DNA from: Saccostrea cucullata | Lineage: Eukaryota | Assembly (NCBI RefSeq): GCF_032062105.1 | Contig: NW_026938421.1 | Span: 310,001 to 374,000 of the forward strand | DNA: 64,000 nt | Reading direction: 5' to 3' | Shown: in pieces, positions 1-12,900 of the stretch | Layout of the letters: each line of letters starts with the position of its first letter | Numbering within the stretch: the first letter of the stretch is position 1 | Translations under genes and position numbers: made by a program | Notes under the pieces: generated by a model | What the model was told of the DNA's origin: nothing | What the model saw: only the letters and a program-made list of their open reading frames with translations | Database searches by the model: none

Positions 1-137
1 CTAAATTATTGATTTTGATGCATCGCCTGTTGGAAATACATGTACCGGGTATTCTGCACAGAAATGAAGAATTTAAAATAAAGTGAATTAGAACCTCCCA
101 CTATAAAGAAACCTTTCATTATTATCTGTATGTACAG

Positions 138-848
138 GTGTGGTCACTGTCAGAGACTGGCCCCCACATGGAAGGAGCTGTCCAAGGAGATGGCCCGCTA
201 CCCTGTGGTCACCATCGCTAAGGTGGACTGCACCGTCAGTACGAACATCTGTAAGGAGAATGGGGTCAGTAGTCATATTCCGTAGGCCAAGGTTTACTCT
301 AGAGTACTGTATCTGCCAAGACATGTATGCCTAATTGTAAAAAGAGTTTTTAAATGTTTTGGAAGAAGTGTACACATTTTTTGCCCCTTACTAATTAAAA
401 CTTTTATCAAACTCAAAAGTGTTCTTCTGCACTGGGCATGGTGAGCAGGGGAATTAATTTAATTTAAGAATTTCCCAATAAAAAAATATTAAATACAGTG
501 TATTTAGATTTTTCAGCAATAACTGTATTTTGTTTTGGAAAGAGTTGAAAGAAGAGTCTGTTAAAGTGGAAAGTCATTTTCCAAAATATGATACCAATTT
601 TCACATAAATTACATATTAAGTTTAAATTTATTAAAATAGATAAAACTATCTAAGACAGTCGCAGATAGAATATAGCTGATTGAACAAATCAAATCTTTC
701 ATTTCAAATTTAGGTCAGAGGATACCCGACACTGATTCTCTTCAAGGATGGACAGAAAGTAGCAGAATACACAGGAAGTCGTGACCTTGGTGACCTTGTG
801 GAGTTCATGCTTGAGCACATCCAACAGGAAGTCCATGATGAGCTGTAA
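138..848 (+). CDS. TXNDC5: Thioredoxin domain-containing protein 5 (ERp46), last two coding exons; gene starts upstream of the window
   Basis: Exons 138-264 and 714-848 (GT-AG) give CGHCQRLAPTWKELSKEMARYPVVTIAKVDCT...KENG|VRGYPTLILFKDGQKVAEYTGSRDLGDLVEFMLEHIQQEVHDEL*. This is a CGHC thioredoxin domain ending in the HDEL ER-retention signal with no acidic tail. Confidence 0.85.
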
Positions 849-3800
849 CCATAGCAATCTGATCAAATTATTAATGATTTAGACTGTGAATGAAACCTGC
901 TGAAATTTTCTTTTCTCTTTGATAGGAAGACAGATATATTAGTCCCACTTTTTATCAATTTTTGTTTTATGTTTTTCCGTCCAGTTTATATCAGGGTGGG
1001 TAAATACTGGTGGAATTCCCTCATTCATACATGGAAATTAATCAGTCAGTTTGTATTCTGAAGATCAGAGATATTTTCTTAGATTGATCTGGTCAAATAT
1101 TTTTAAGTAAAAAAGATAAATTCATTTGTCTTTTTATGACTTTCAAGTATCGTATGCACTTTGTAGATATGTAAATTTTTAAGGAAAAAGTTTTTTTGAT
1201 GAGTAAAATGCAGTCGTTGTCCTGTAAATTTAGTCCTTGTGACCATTAGGACTGCAATGACAATGTTTTTCTGATTGAATTTAGCTGCCTCTTTGAACAT
1301 TTTACATTTGTCAGATGTATTTAAAATTGTGTTCTTTAGTGAGTGAAAGATATTACTACATGTAGTTCTTTGGTAATTGCTGATTGTGATGGAAGAGTGC
1401 TTTTATGATCTTTGAATATTCTTGTAAGCATTTTATGCATGCTGAGTCCTCCATTGTACTAAGAGCCTTTTCTAGAGAGGGTTGGGGTAAAGTGAACAGC
1501 TGAGAATCAGATTCATCATTATAGTACAGTATCACCAAATAACGCTTTATGTCACACATGTAAAAGAATCTGTCCCTTTGAATAGTGCAGAAGATGTTGT
1601 GTCCGAGTACCTACCCGTTCATAGTATAGAGACGGAAATTAAGTATATAATTATACACAGATTATATTTCTTATGAATTTGATCTATTTTGATTACCTTG
1701 GTAGATTGTGTATATTTAGCTCCAATTGCATACATGTACATGTATTTGTGTTCGGTAAAAAAGGTTGTGTGTCATGCTGCTTGGGATTTTTGTCATCATA
1801 CCATGTAATGTACCAGCATTTAGTGTACTGGGTATATCACAAGTATTTATGTAATGAAGTTATAAACATCTACTTATATGAGACATATGATATTCAATTT
1901 GATCAAATTCAGTACATACACAACCAAGAGTTATAAAATGTTACTTATGGAAAATACACATGTATACAAATATCAACTGTGAATGGTTCATGAGCCATTG
2001 AAATGGATCAACAGAGTAACTAATGTAAAAGGATTTGTGTATATGTTTAGGCACAACAAAGATCTGTTTTTCTTACCTCATTTATAGCCTTTTGTTCATT
2101 AAATTTAAATGTATTCACATTTAACTTTATAAAACTTATTTTGAACACCGTTATCAATCAAAAATTGTTTTTGTCTATACCTTCATTCAACACCTTGTGA
2201 ATATATATTCGAACAGTCACCTAACAATCATTTGTAAAATAGAGGATACGCGTTTTTACCGTTGATGTGTGCGAAATGTGTGTCACAGAAGTCCTTTTCA
2301 AAGTATGTATTTTATGTCATGTCATATTTCTTTTCATGTATACGTGAAAGGTATTTCTTTTTCTCCTTTATTATTGATCAAATTTTGACACAGAACATCC
2401 TGTACTGTATAGTTGGTGTGTGGCGTGATTGATTTCATAAAATATATCACTAGTTTGCCTCAAATTTTATATTTATTTTAAATCATTATGGTGTAAGCTT
2501 TTCAACAATTGTTTGTGCAGATTTTTTTTTTCATTTGCCTGTAAAGCATGTACTGTACAGAAGTCATACTGCGCATTGTTTATTCCACTTTGTATTTATC
2601 AAAAGTGACTTATAAATTAATATTAGTGTTGTCAAATCGGACATAAATTTATATACTAAAGAGGGATTAATTCTTAGAACATGGTCAATAGCATATGAAT
2701 ATTCTATCGTTGTTAAAAATTGCATCCATATGTTTAATGCAAACTGATTTGAAATCAATTGATAAATATGTTTATTGGAAATTAACTTCATGAAATAATT
2801 GCATTTTGACTTTAGAATTATGTTGTGTGGAACTTCAAGTGATGTATAATCAATAAAAAGAGTAGATATTTAATTGGATTTTTTATATACACTGCTGGTT
2901 TTGCCAAAAGATGTACAAGTATTTAAAGGTAGCTGAAAATGTTCAATAGTTTGCGATGCATGATACACAGTAAAGACAATGGGTGGGAATGGAGAGTATC
3001 AGGTCACCTGACTGGTGTGTCCTACAGGGGACAGCCATCTTCAAATTTCACAACATTTTAGATGTTAATAAAATGTTAAACCTAGAATATATTTATAGTT
3101 ATACATACTCTTGGAAATATTGATTATAAAATTGATTGGTATACTGAGTCCTGTAGGATATAAAAAAGCAGGCCTGGACTATATTTGCTTCAGAGAAATG
3201 CAGTGACCTGAACTCCATTGAAAAGACAATGTCTGATACATTAACAGAACCTATGTTGCATAGTTTACCTCTGGCTGTACAAACATTGACATAATTGTAT
3301 CTTTTGTTGCGGGCTCAGGTGTAAAAACTCCCTAAAATTACAACTCAAAAATAATTGCGAGTACCCAAATAATGAACAATTTCAAAAGACAACTTACAAT
3401 TTTAAAATGAATGCTTTCTAAAAATAAACCACCATCTATCCATCTTTAAAAATCTTCGTAATCTTCAACATGATCATTGTATATGGCACAGCTCGTTCAT
3501 TTATAAATGGCAGATATAAACAATAACTAAAGAAAGTAAGACTTAAGTCAGATTGAAAGTGATATTTTTTCGGGGTGGAATTTACTATGAAAAAATCAAT
3601 TCGCAAATTTTTGTGAGTTGCAGAATTTTAGACGTGCAATTTGGATATTCTAACATGCATTTTGTGAGTTGTATATAGTGAGTTTGGAACCCTGGGGCCT
3701 GTTTTCTTTTCTTCTTTTGTCATTACAATCTTATCCAAGAGAATGAAAGAAAAAAGACAAAATAAGAAATAAATAGTTCATTTATTCATAAACAGGTCTA

Positions 3801-3936
3801 AAAATGGTCACAATTTGGACGGAAATCTCACAATAAACATCAGATCATCTGTACTCAAAAACAAGCATGTAGAAGAGTGTCTGAATGAAGGAGAACAGCT
3901 AGCCTGATACACAGGTATTCCTTGGGAGCTTGACTT

Positions 3937-6900
3937 CTACACAGGGGTGTGGCAGAGGGGACAGGTTTGTCGGTGAGATATCTCGGACTCGAAGGCTCGG
4001 TGTTTACACGCGCTACACATCCAGAACTGGTACTCCATCAGTGGACGACCAGTTACTATACAGGTCGGAAACTTGGTATCACAGTTTGGACAGGAGAAAG
4101 CACTGTATTACAAAAGATGGAATAATCATTATGCCATAAAATAATCCTCCTAGTAAATATTTCTTTTAAGCAAAGTGCAACTGAATGACAGAGAAATCTC
4201 ACAGCATACAATTTTTTTATTCTTATTATGATTTATGATATGTGAAATTGTATCTGGAATACTTATATCATGCTTATGTGATTAGAATACTTGTGTAAAA
4301 CTTACGTGTCTGGAATGCTGGTTGCACAACTTGAACACTCCACCTTGTTGTTCCGGCTGTCACGAGGGCCATGTCTAATAAAAATTATTTTCATTAAGAA
4401 TTTCAAAAGTAAATTTCCTCAGTTCTTCTTTTAATGTACAAGTGAAATAAATGACAACATACTTTGTGAATATTTCCAGAGCCAGTTCCTCATAAGATGA
4501 CCTTTGTTCTGGGGTCAGAGATTCCAGGGTCTCCAGTTTAATGAAGGCTTTAGAGCAGGTTCCAAAAGCCTTACAAGCACTGGCCGCCAATGCTTCAAAC
4601 ATAAACATTCAATGTTAAAGACATGAAAAATTTAATTTGTTCTTTTCTCTTAAAGAAATAAAAATCAGTTGAAATTGATAGATAATAAAGTACATGTACA
4701 TAAATAAGAAAACAGTTACCTAATAAAGAATAGATATCACATGGATCTATAATGTCTTCATAATCTCTGAGGAATAAACAGGTCCTCATAGAAGCCTCAA
4801 CATAACCTAAAATATGGAGAAAGAAACATCAGTTCTAAAAACCTGATCAGATGATAAGAAATCATTTAGGCTGCTAAATCAAAGATTTTCCAAAGACTTT
4901 AAACATGTATAGACTTGCTGGCCTGACCTTCGTAGAGCTGTCTCTGAGCCAGTAGGTAGAAGTGGTAGGCCTCGGCTCCTCTCCAGGCATTGTCTATAAG
5001 TTTACTGTCACTGATAGCCGTGGCATCTTCCTCTAAAAAGCCAGCTAGTGCTGAGGCAGCCTAAAAAATATAACATGTACAATAAAGCACTGTTTGAATG
5101 CATTGTGTAGTTTCTCACTGATACAAACTCAATACATATTAAAGCAAGAAACTGCTTTTTTGATCTGAGAATACAGAATATCTCATTGATTTCCAGAATG
5201 AACATAGAGTATTTACCATTCTTTTGTCCTTCACCTTTGACCTAGATGTCATCTTCATTTGTTCATGATACTGTTCTATCAAGAGGCCACCAAGGACATA
5301 CATTTTCTTTATCAAGATAGGCTTGGCTTTCTTCTTCACTTGTTCATTGGCCATCTGCATAAGTCAAGGTTTCAGTTTCGTACATGTAGTTAAACAGGTC
5401 TATTCCAAACATAATAGTAAATTCAAAACAAGGTCATATTTGGTCACCAGTAGTAAAATTAAGTAATAGTAAAATATTAAATGAAATTAAAACAATGAAT
5501 TAAATTTAACCAGACAAAATGGCGATCAGCAGAGGCTAATTATTTCCTTGCTTTCCTAATATGTCATTAACGTTACTATAATTAACCAGCAACACTATAG
5601 AGAGAATTCATGACATACCTTAAACAAGAGCTTGGCAGCATTAAGGAAGTGGCCGGCCTTACGATACAGCTCTATGGCGCTGACTATCTTGTTCTTCTCC
5701 AGGAGATGTGAGGCGTACTTAGCTAACAGGGAGTCTATTTCCCGGACATTGTGGGTCTTAGCCAGCTCTATAGCCGTGTTCCACTGATTCAGATCCACAC
5801 AGCTGTCTATGGCCTTCTTTATGTGGTTACACTACAATAAACAGATTTATAAGGCTAGAGAATATGCTGATTAACTCCCTATACTTGTGTTACATGTCAT
5901 GATTTATTAAAGACATTCATTCACTGTCACAGTAATAGTATAACCTTCATCAAACTTTTTCCTCATGAATGCTGAATATTAATGGGTTCTTATTTTCGTT
6001 ATGTAGATGCACTTGCAAGCCCTAAGTTCAAAGCCAAGTCAGAAAAAAGTGCTTAAAATCTCATAGTAGAATACCTAAAGAATTTGAATTTTATTGAAGG
6101 GGAAGGTTGGGGGGGGTGGAATACCTACCCTTGTGAAGGCTGCAACAGCTTGTTCACACATCCCCACAGTGGTAAACATCTCAGCAATTTCCTACAAAAA
6201 CAACGCATCATGAAAATCTTGTGGGACAAAGCACAATACCCGATGTAAAATTGAACATAAAATCCCTATAGTAAAGACATAACTTACAGGCAGTAGCTTG
6301 TGGTTCTCTGGCAGGGCCTGCACCATTTTCTCCAGACCGCCATAGTCCTCCAGTGTATAATAACACTCAGCCAGTCTCTCCTGATTCCTCCCCTGGACGT
6401 AGTAGGTCACGGCCTGCTGCCTGTCATCAGAGTACAATACGGTATTTTAATAGTTAATGTATGTATAATGAATTTTTTTCTCAGCTGAGTTAATGGAACA
6501 AAATGCAGAGAAAGGACATTACATTACACAAACATGTACCTAACATAAAATGTATATACAGTATAAAACTTGGATCTAAAATAACTTTGCTTTATCCGTG
6601 AATTCGCAATATCCATGTTCGTACTAACTACTATATGAGTTTTACTGTACATTAAATAAACTTGCATATTTTACAGTTCTCAAGATTCAATGAATTGAAT
6701 CAAACCTATTCCAGGGCTCTCGATTCTCTATAATTGGGGCCGTTTATGGGCCCCATTCCCAATTCAAAAAAGGTACCTTTTTTCCCAATAGAATGTGGTT
6801 TTTTCCCCAAAAGTCATTTCTCCAAAAAATTAAAGAAAATATAGCTGGATATGTAATTATAAAATTGTTTTTCACATTCCTCTGTATTGCTAAACAATAT

Positions 6901-9900
6901 AATTTAGTTGATAACAAAGATCAGAAACCCAGTATATCATGTTTTTAAAGAATAATGGTTATCCCCAAATTTCCCAAAATGTCGCTATTTTTCCCAATTT
7001 TGACGGACCTGGACCCATTCCCAAAAAGTGGTGTGAGAGCCCTGTATTCTCCCTGACTTGTTATAATGTAGACGCACCATTTTTGTCGGTCGGCGTAATA
7101 ATCCCCGATGGCGTTCCAGGCCTCCTCTAGCTGTACGTCATCTCCCCCTGATCCTGTCTTCAGTAGCTGGACCACGCGGAACCAGTCACCCAACTTCTTC
7201 CTCAAACTCACCGCCAGGTCTCTGGAAGAATTCAATAACTCACTTCTAGCTACAGTCTACTTGTTTAAAACTAAGCCATACAGGGCAAGATATAAGGAAA
7301 AGATACATTATTTCTACATCTTGTTACGTTAAACTGGCAAAATTCTTCATATTTTAAAGACTTGTATGAAATATCTGAATTTTTGCACTGTGGATGTGAT
7401 GTTTATTCATTACGTCTGTGATTTTCATGTCTGAATACATACCTTCTGTCCATATCTAAATACTTTCTCTCAGCTTCCTCAAATCTTCTGAAGTAAGCAC
7501 ATACTTCTGCTTTCTTCATGTTTTCATTCTGAAAAATTGAATTTCCAATTGATAAGATTAATAACAAAATTATCTTTCCATAGAATAAATGCACGAGGAG
7601 AGACAAAATCATAAAACTTGATCTCTCTAGAAACCCATTGAAAAGAGAGTGACATTCCTTGATGCCTCAAGACATTACATATACTGGATCAGTTTACCTG
7701 TAAATTCCCGAGCCTTTTGACGAATTCAATCCCCTGATAATCCTTACATCTGACAAATGCTTGTTCTGCGACCTTCAGATTCAGTTGTTCTAGGGCAGAC
7801 TCGGCTAGCAGTCGCCTGTTGTAGAAAACATTTACTGTAAACCAACTTTTATTCGCGACGACTTTATTTCGCGATTTACCAGGTGTAAACTATTTCGCGG
7901 CGATTAATTTTCGCGAACAAGACTTTTTGGATATATTGTTAATAGACACATACACTTTAAGGACCGGTTCAAGGTGAGAAATATTCGCGATGACGAGCCT
8001 CTCGCGAACTTCGCGAAAATTTCTCGCACGCGAATAAAAGTTGGTTTACAGTATCTAGCTTTTTGGCACAACTCAAATTCTCAGAGATAAATACATTTCT
8101 TTTATGCCTTTTCCTATCAATTTAAACCACTATACGGATATTCCTGAAGAATTCTACATGAGACTGTATGTATACACTACAGAATAGTAATATATTACCT
8201 AAATGACTCAGGAAAACTTTATATATAGAGAAATACATATACATCGATCAACACTGATGTACCAATAATTAAGTTGATACATAAATGTATGTACATTATG
8301 AAGGAGACTAAAACTTAAGATGTGGATATATGTGATAGGGTGATTTATTTCTTATAAATTATTATATTTCAGGATTAAATTAATTCAGTTGAATTATCAT
8401 ATTTATTTCTTTTCAGTATTTCATTTATTGAATAAATCCACATGGAATTATTTACATCAATCTGTGTTCATTGAGTTATTTATAGATGTATGACATCACA
8501 GTGGTCATTTAAACCCCTGTCCCTTTTCTATTTATATCTTGTGTAGTGTCAGGGCCAACTTGGATTTCATTGGTTGGTTAGTTTCCCTCTCTTTTGGTTT
8601 TAGCTAAGTTAATTACTTTTGTTTGAGATCTTGGTCTGACCAGAAGACATATTGGTTTTTGTATATATGTTGGTCCATTTTCTATGTTGACTGAATATTA
8701 TGACCATGACCAAGAAAGGACAGAATGTAAGTTGACTTTTACTAATTTCATCATCTCTATATAATTGATTATCTATTTAATTCCCAAATATTAATATTCT
8801 AATAAAAAATATGAAGATTCAGTCTTTGTGATTATTTTATGACTTTGTAAATAATGAAAGTAATGATTTCATATATCGGCGTATTTTATATTTTTTAGAG
8901 CAATACAGTAAAGTTGTTTATTATTTATATACAGATCACTGAGTAAGAGTTCACTCTTCATTTGTAATTGGAGTATTGGCTTTATATCACATATAGGTAT
9001 GATGTATATATATTTTGAATATTGTCCATATAATTATATTTTTCTGGAAGAGTTCAGTATAATTTGATCTTATTGTTTTATCTGTAAATTCCAGAGTATT
9101 TATACTTTGTACATATTATTGATTAAAAAAGACAACTCTTAATGTTTTATCAATGAGCACAATTAAAGGGCAATAACTCTTATTTTGACCGTGCTATCTG
9201 GCAAGTGATCTACATGTATGTATCGTTATCAAATATTTATGATTGTTTATATGTATTTCAGAGCTGTGATAATACTGATTGAATATATTTACCGCAACTA
9301 CAACATGGTGTTTGTCTTCATTTGATTATAAAACGAACCCATTTCATAAACAAACCAAAATGATGATACTGTGCATATATAATTGTAATTACCAGAGTCT
9401 GGGGTGAGGGTTGTCTTCTATGAACTGCTGAGCATCATTGATTCCAACCTTCTCCAGTAAATCTCGGGTATCCCTCAGAGACTGTAAACATTTAATGTAA
9501 TAATAGTATACAATTCAGTTGATCGAACTGAGGCAGCTTGATAGGCATTAAACATCAGGTAACACAAACAAAGGCCACAGTCTTAACTCTGAAACTCACC
9601 TTAATTTCCATTTCAGCCATGTTGTCTTTGGTCGGATTTTCAGGGTCTTTCATTATTTCATCTAACAATACAGACTTTATCTGAAGATCATTAAACTGGC
9701 AAATGTATCCACTGCTTAAGATAGGCTCCTGCAATAGTTTAACAAACAGTATTTTATAATTATAGAGTCTTTTAAAAAGAGAAATGCTTACTCTAATCCA
9801 CCTTTTGAGTTTAAAGTGTTTTTTTCCTTTTACATGTATTTGCAAATCAAGTTTTTTAAACTGTACATATATACATAATTTCTGAAAAAAAAACAACAAA

Positions 9901-12900
9901 AAGAATGAAATCAAACACCTTTAGTGGTAAACAAGTATTATTTCACTTTCTTTTTTAGATTAACACTCATACCCTTAAATTCCTTAATGTGCAAATTATT
10001 TCCATAAAATACAGGCTTGATAACAACATAAGTGTGTTAATCACAATAAAAACACAACATGCAATAAAAATTCTCCAGTTTACAGAAATGTAAGAAGAAA
10101 TAGCACTGATTGGATTTCAAAACAAATGTGAATCTACCGGTATTTAACATAATTCAAAACATATACATGTATATTGTTAAAGTGTACCACGCAGGAAAAT
10201 GTGCTTCTTGTATAATATATTTAAAAACACACTGTTATTTGTCCTGTGAAAATTCAAAAGAGGCCACTATAAATAGTTGTCATTTCTAGCAAATAATTCT
10301 CGTGCTTCATTTTACCAAAGAAAAATGTCTATAAAATGATTTGCTAAAACATATATCAGCGAAAAATATTTAAGGGGCAATTATTCCACAGCTGAAAACT
10401 GATGATTTTGACTCTACATGATTCCCATAACCCTCTGCAGTAATTTGCTACACACTTCTGGAGAAGAACGGTCAGAAATAGAAACAGGTGAAAGATTTAG
10501 AAAGGCTAAAACACATTTCTGATAGGGTATCTATATCCTAATGGTGTCAGATTTCCTCACCTTGGATGCCTACATAGGAGTTAAATAGTGGTAAAAATAG
10601 ATTTTGATTCATTGATATTCAACTGATTCGTAAAAAAACTGGATTTGCAATAATTTCTAATGAAGTTAACCATACAAAACAACTTTTAATTTCATAAACA
10701 AAAACCTTAACAATTTTCTTTAAAAAAATGAGTCTGAGTATACCTAATCAAAATAGTGATTCTTTATACTGTCATATTACAGTAGTGTTGAAAACCTTAC
10801 AAAAGGGCATGATTAACAGAGCATGCACCTGGTGTTGCAGATACCACATTATTAAAAGAATATATTCATTACATGAAATATAAATGATTCAATGAACATT
10901 GTTTAAGGTATGAAGGGTTAGTGATATTACCTCTGGGTCTAGGTTCCTAAATATGTACATCCTTGTTTTCTCTGTCATAGCAAACAGTTCTGGGTTATCC
11001 TGTAAGTATAAACATAACAGTATACTGGTAAGTATATACCCTATACACTCTACATCTAGGTACTATATTTACTAGGAATTAAAGCTAAAGACATATATTG
11101 AGGGTTAGTAATATACATGTTTAGGGAATTTAGGCACTGTGTCTGCAAATTTTTTTTGTGTAAAATGAACATTTTGATTAATAAAATTATATGCAAAGCC
11201 TTCGAAAATTCGTGGTGAAGGCAAGAATTGCTATAATTGTTATAGAATAATGTGCTAAAAAGGAAAATGTCAAAACATAAATTGAAATGCATATACTATT
11301 TTATGTTAGAACTTTAAAATATTGTGATGCCAAACCACAAGAACATTAATTAGAGAGAATACCATTAATCAAGAATTTTTACATGTGTATCAGCAAGTCA
11401 AGAATTTAAACAAGTTATTTTATGTACTGAGAGGGGCTCCTTGCAAAAATATGCAATAATACTTTCTTCTCATAGATAAAAAAACATTTCACGATTTCTG
11501 ATGTTCTTTTTTAATAATTCAAATTGACTATATTCCCAGATACAGAGTATCAAATGTTGACTAGACTGAATTGATTTTTTTTTTATTATGCAATAATATT
11601 TTTTTTTTACCTCAGCCCATCTCATATCCCAGACATCTTTTCTCTCAAACTTAAGCTGTTCTCCTACAATTTCTTTGCCATCTTGGTCAGTGATTCTCGT
11701 GTCAAGGTCAAAGAAGGTCAGTACCCCACTAATGTCAATAATGGCCAACCGACTGAAAATATAACAGCATTTCTTACAATCCCTATACCCTGGTATATCA
11801 AGTCAAACCTACCAGTAGTTTGAAAACTTTGACATCATTGGATTAAAAATTTGAGATTTATGAATACAGTAAAGAAATGGTGGTTGGATCTTCCAACTCA
11901 TTTTGACGACTTCATGGTATTTGGGATATATTGGTTAAATTGTATAATTATAACAAAACTTTGACTGAAGAAAAGTATATGATACAAATTCACAATAATT
12001 AAAATTCATCAATTTTTCAGAAAATCAGAACTTTAATAATTTTTCTTTTGTTATATTATAAATGATGACCATTTTTATTCACAGAAAAGCCATTAGGAAG
12101 ACCTGGAAGTTCTAATACAGACCTTGATGTACATACAGTTAATGGACAGCTGGTGTAGGAAGTTCTAATACAAACCTTGATGTACAGTTAAGGGACAGCT
12201 GATGTGGCCGGCACCCGACAGCATACTTATGTGTCAAGGACAGCATGGGCATTGAGTATCTGTTGATGGTGCCCGATTCTCTCCCCTACATTTTAAAAGC
12301 AATAATTAATACATATGGTATATGTAACTGCAATGTAAAACTGAATCTTTATTGAAAAGACATTCATTTTAAATATCTACTTACCACAATCAAGACTTTG
12401 TCAGAAGCACAGATGGCACACACAGGATCCTCAGTACCCTGTAAATATTACACAGCTTTGTAGAATGTAATCACAATGTTTGGAAAGCTATAAGCTAAAA
12501 ATGGATCGTGTAACTTTAAAAGTCGAGTACCAGGGTGTTATTCTAATATAACTAAACTTTATTCTTCTTTGAAATTTTATCTTTAGAATTTATGAACACT
12601 TTTAAAATTACATGCAACATTACATAAAATCCAATTCTGCATTTAAATTATTATATCACTCAGAAAACTAAAGATGTTGGAGATTTTCATGCAAAACTCA
12701 ATCAGTTTGATTGAAAGATATGTTATATATGATGTGATCATTGTATTCCTTTCATCTAGGCACAAAGATTTAGTCAGAATGTGTATTGCCATGCTGAGTC
12801 ATGCACATACACTTAAACAATAAATAAAATGTGGAGTGACACTGATCTTGGTCAAGGTCATCTCATCAAGGTCATATGGTAACAATCTATGTTCATTTGG

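Noticed and set aside
850-3780. Additional genes between TXNDC5 and WDR35
   Set aside because: Only short AT-rich ORFs without coherent splice structure. Consistent with a long TXNDC5 3' UTR plus a decayed TIR element (~3311-3700).
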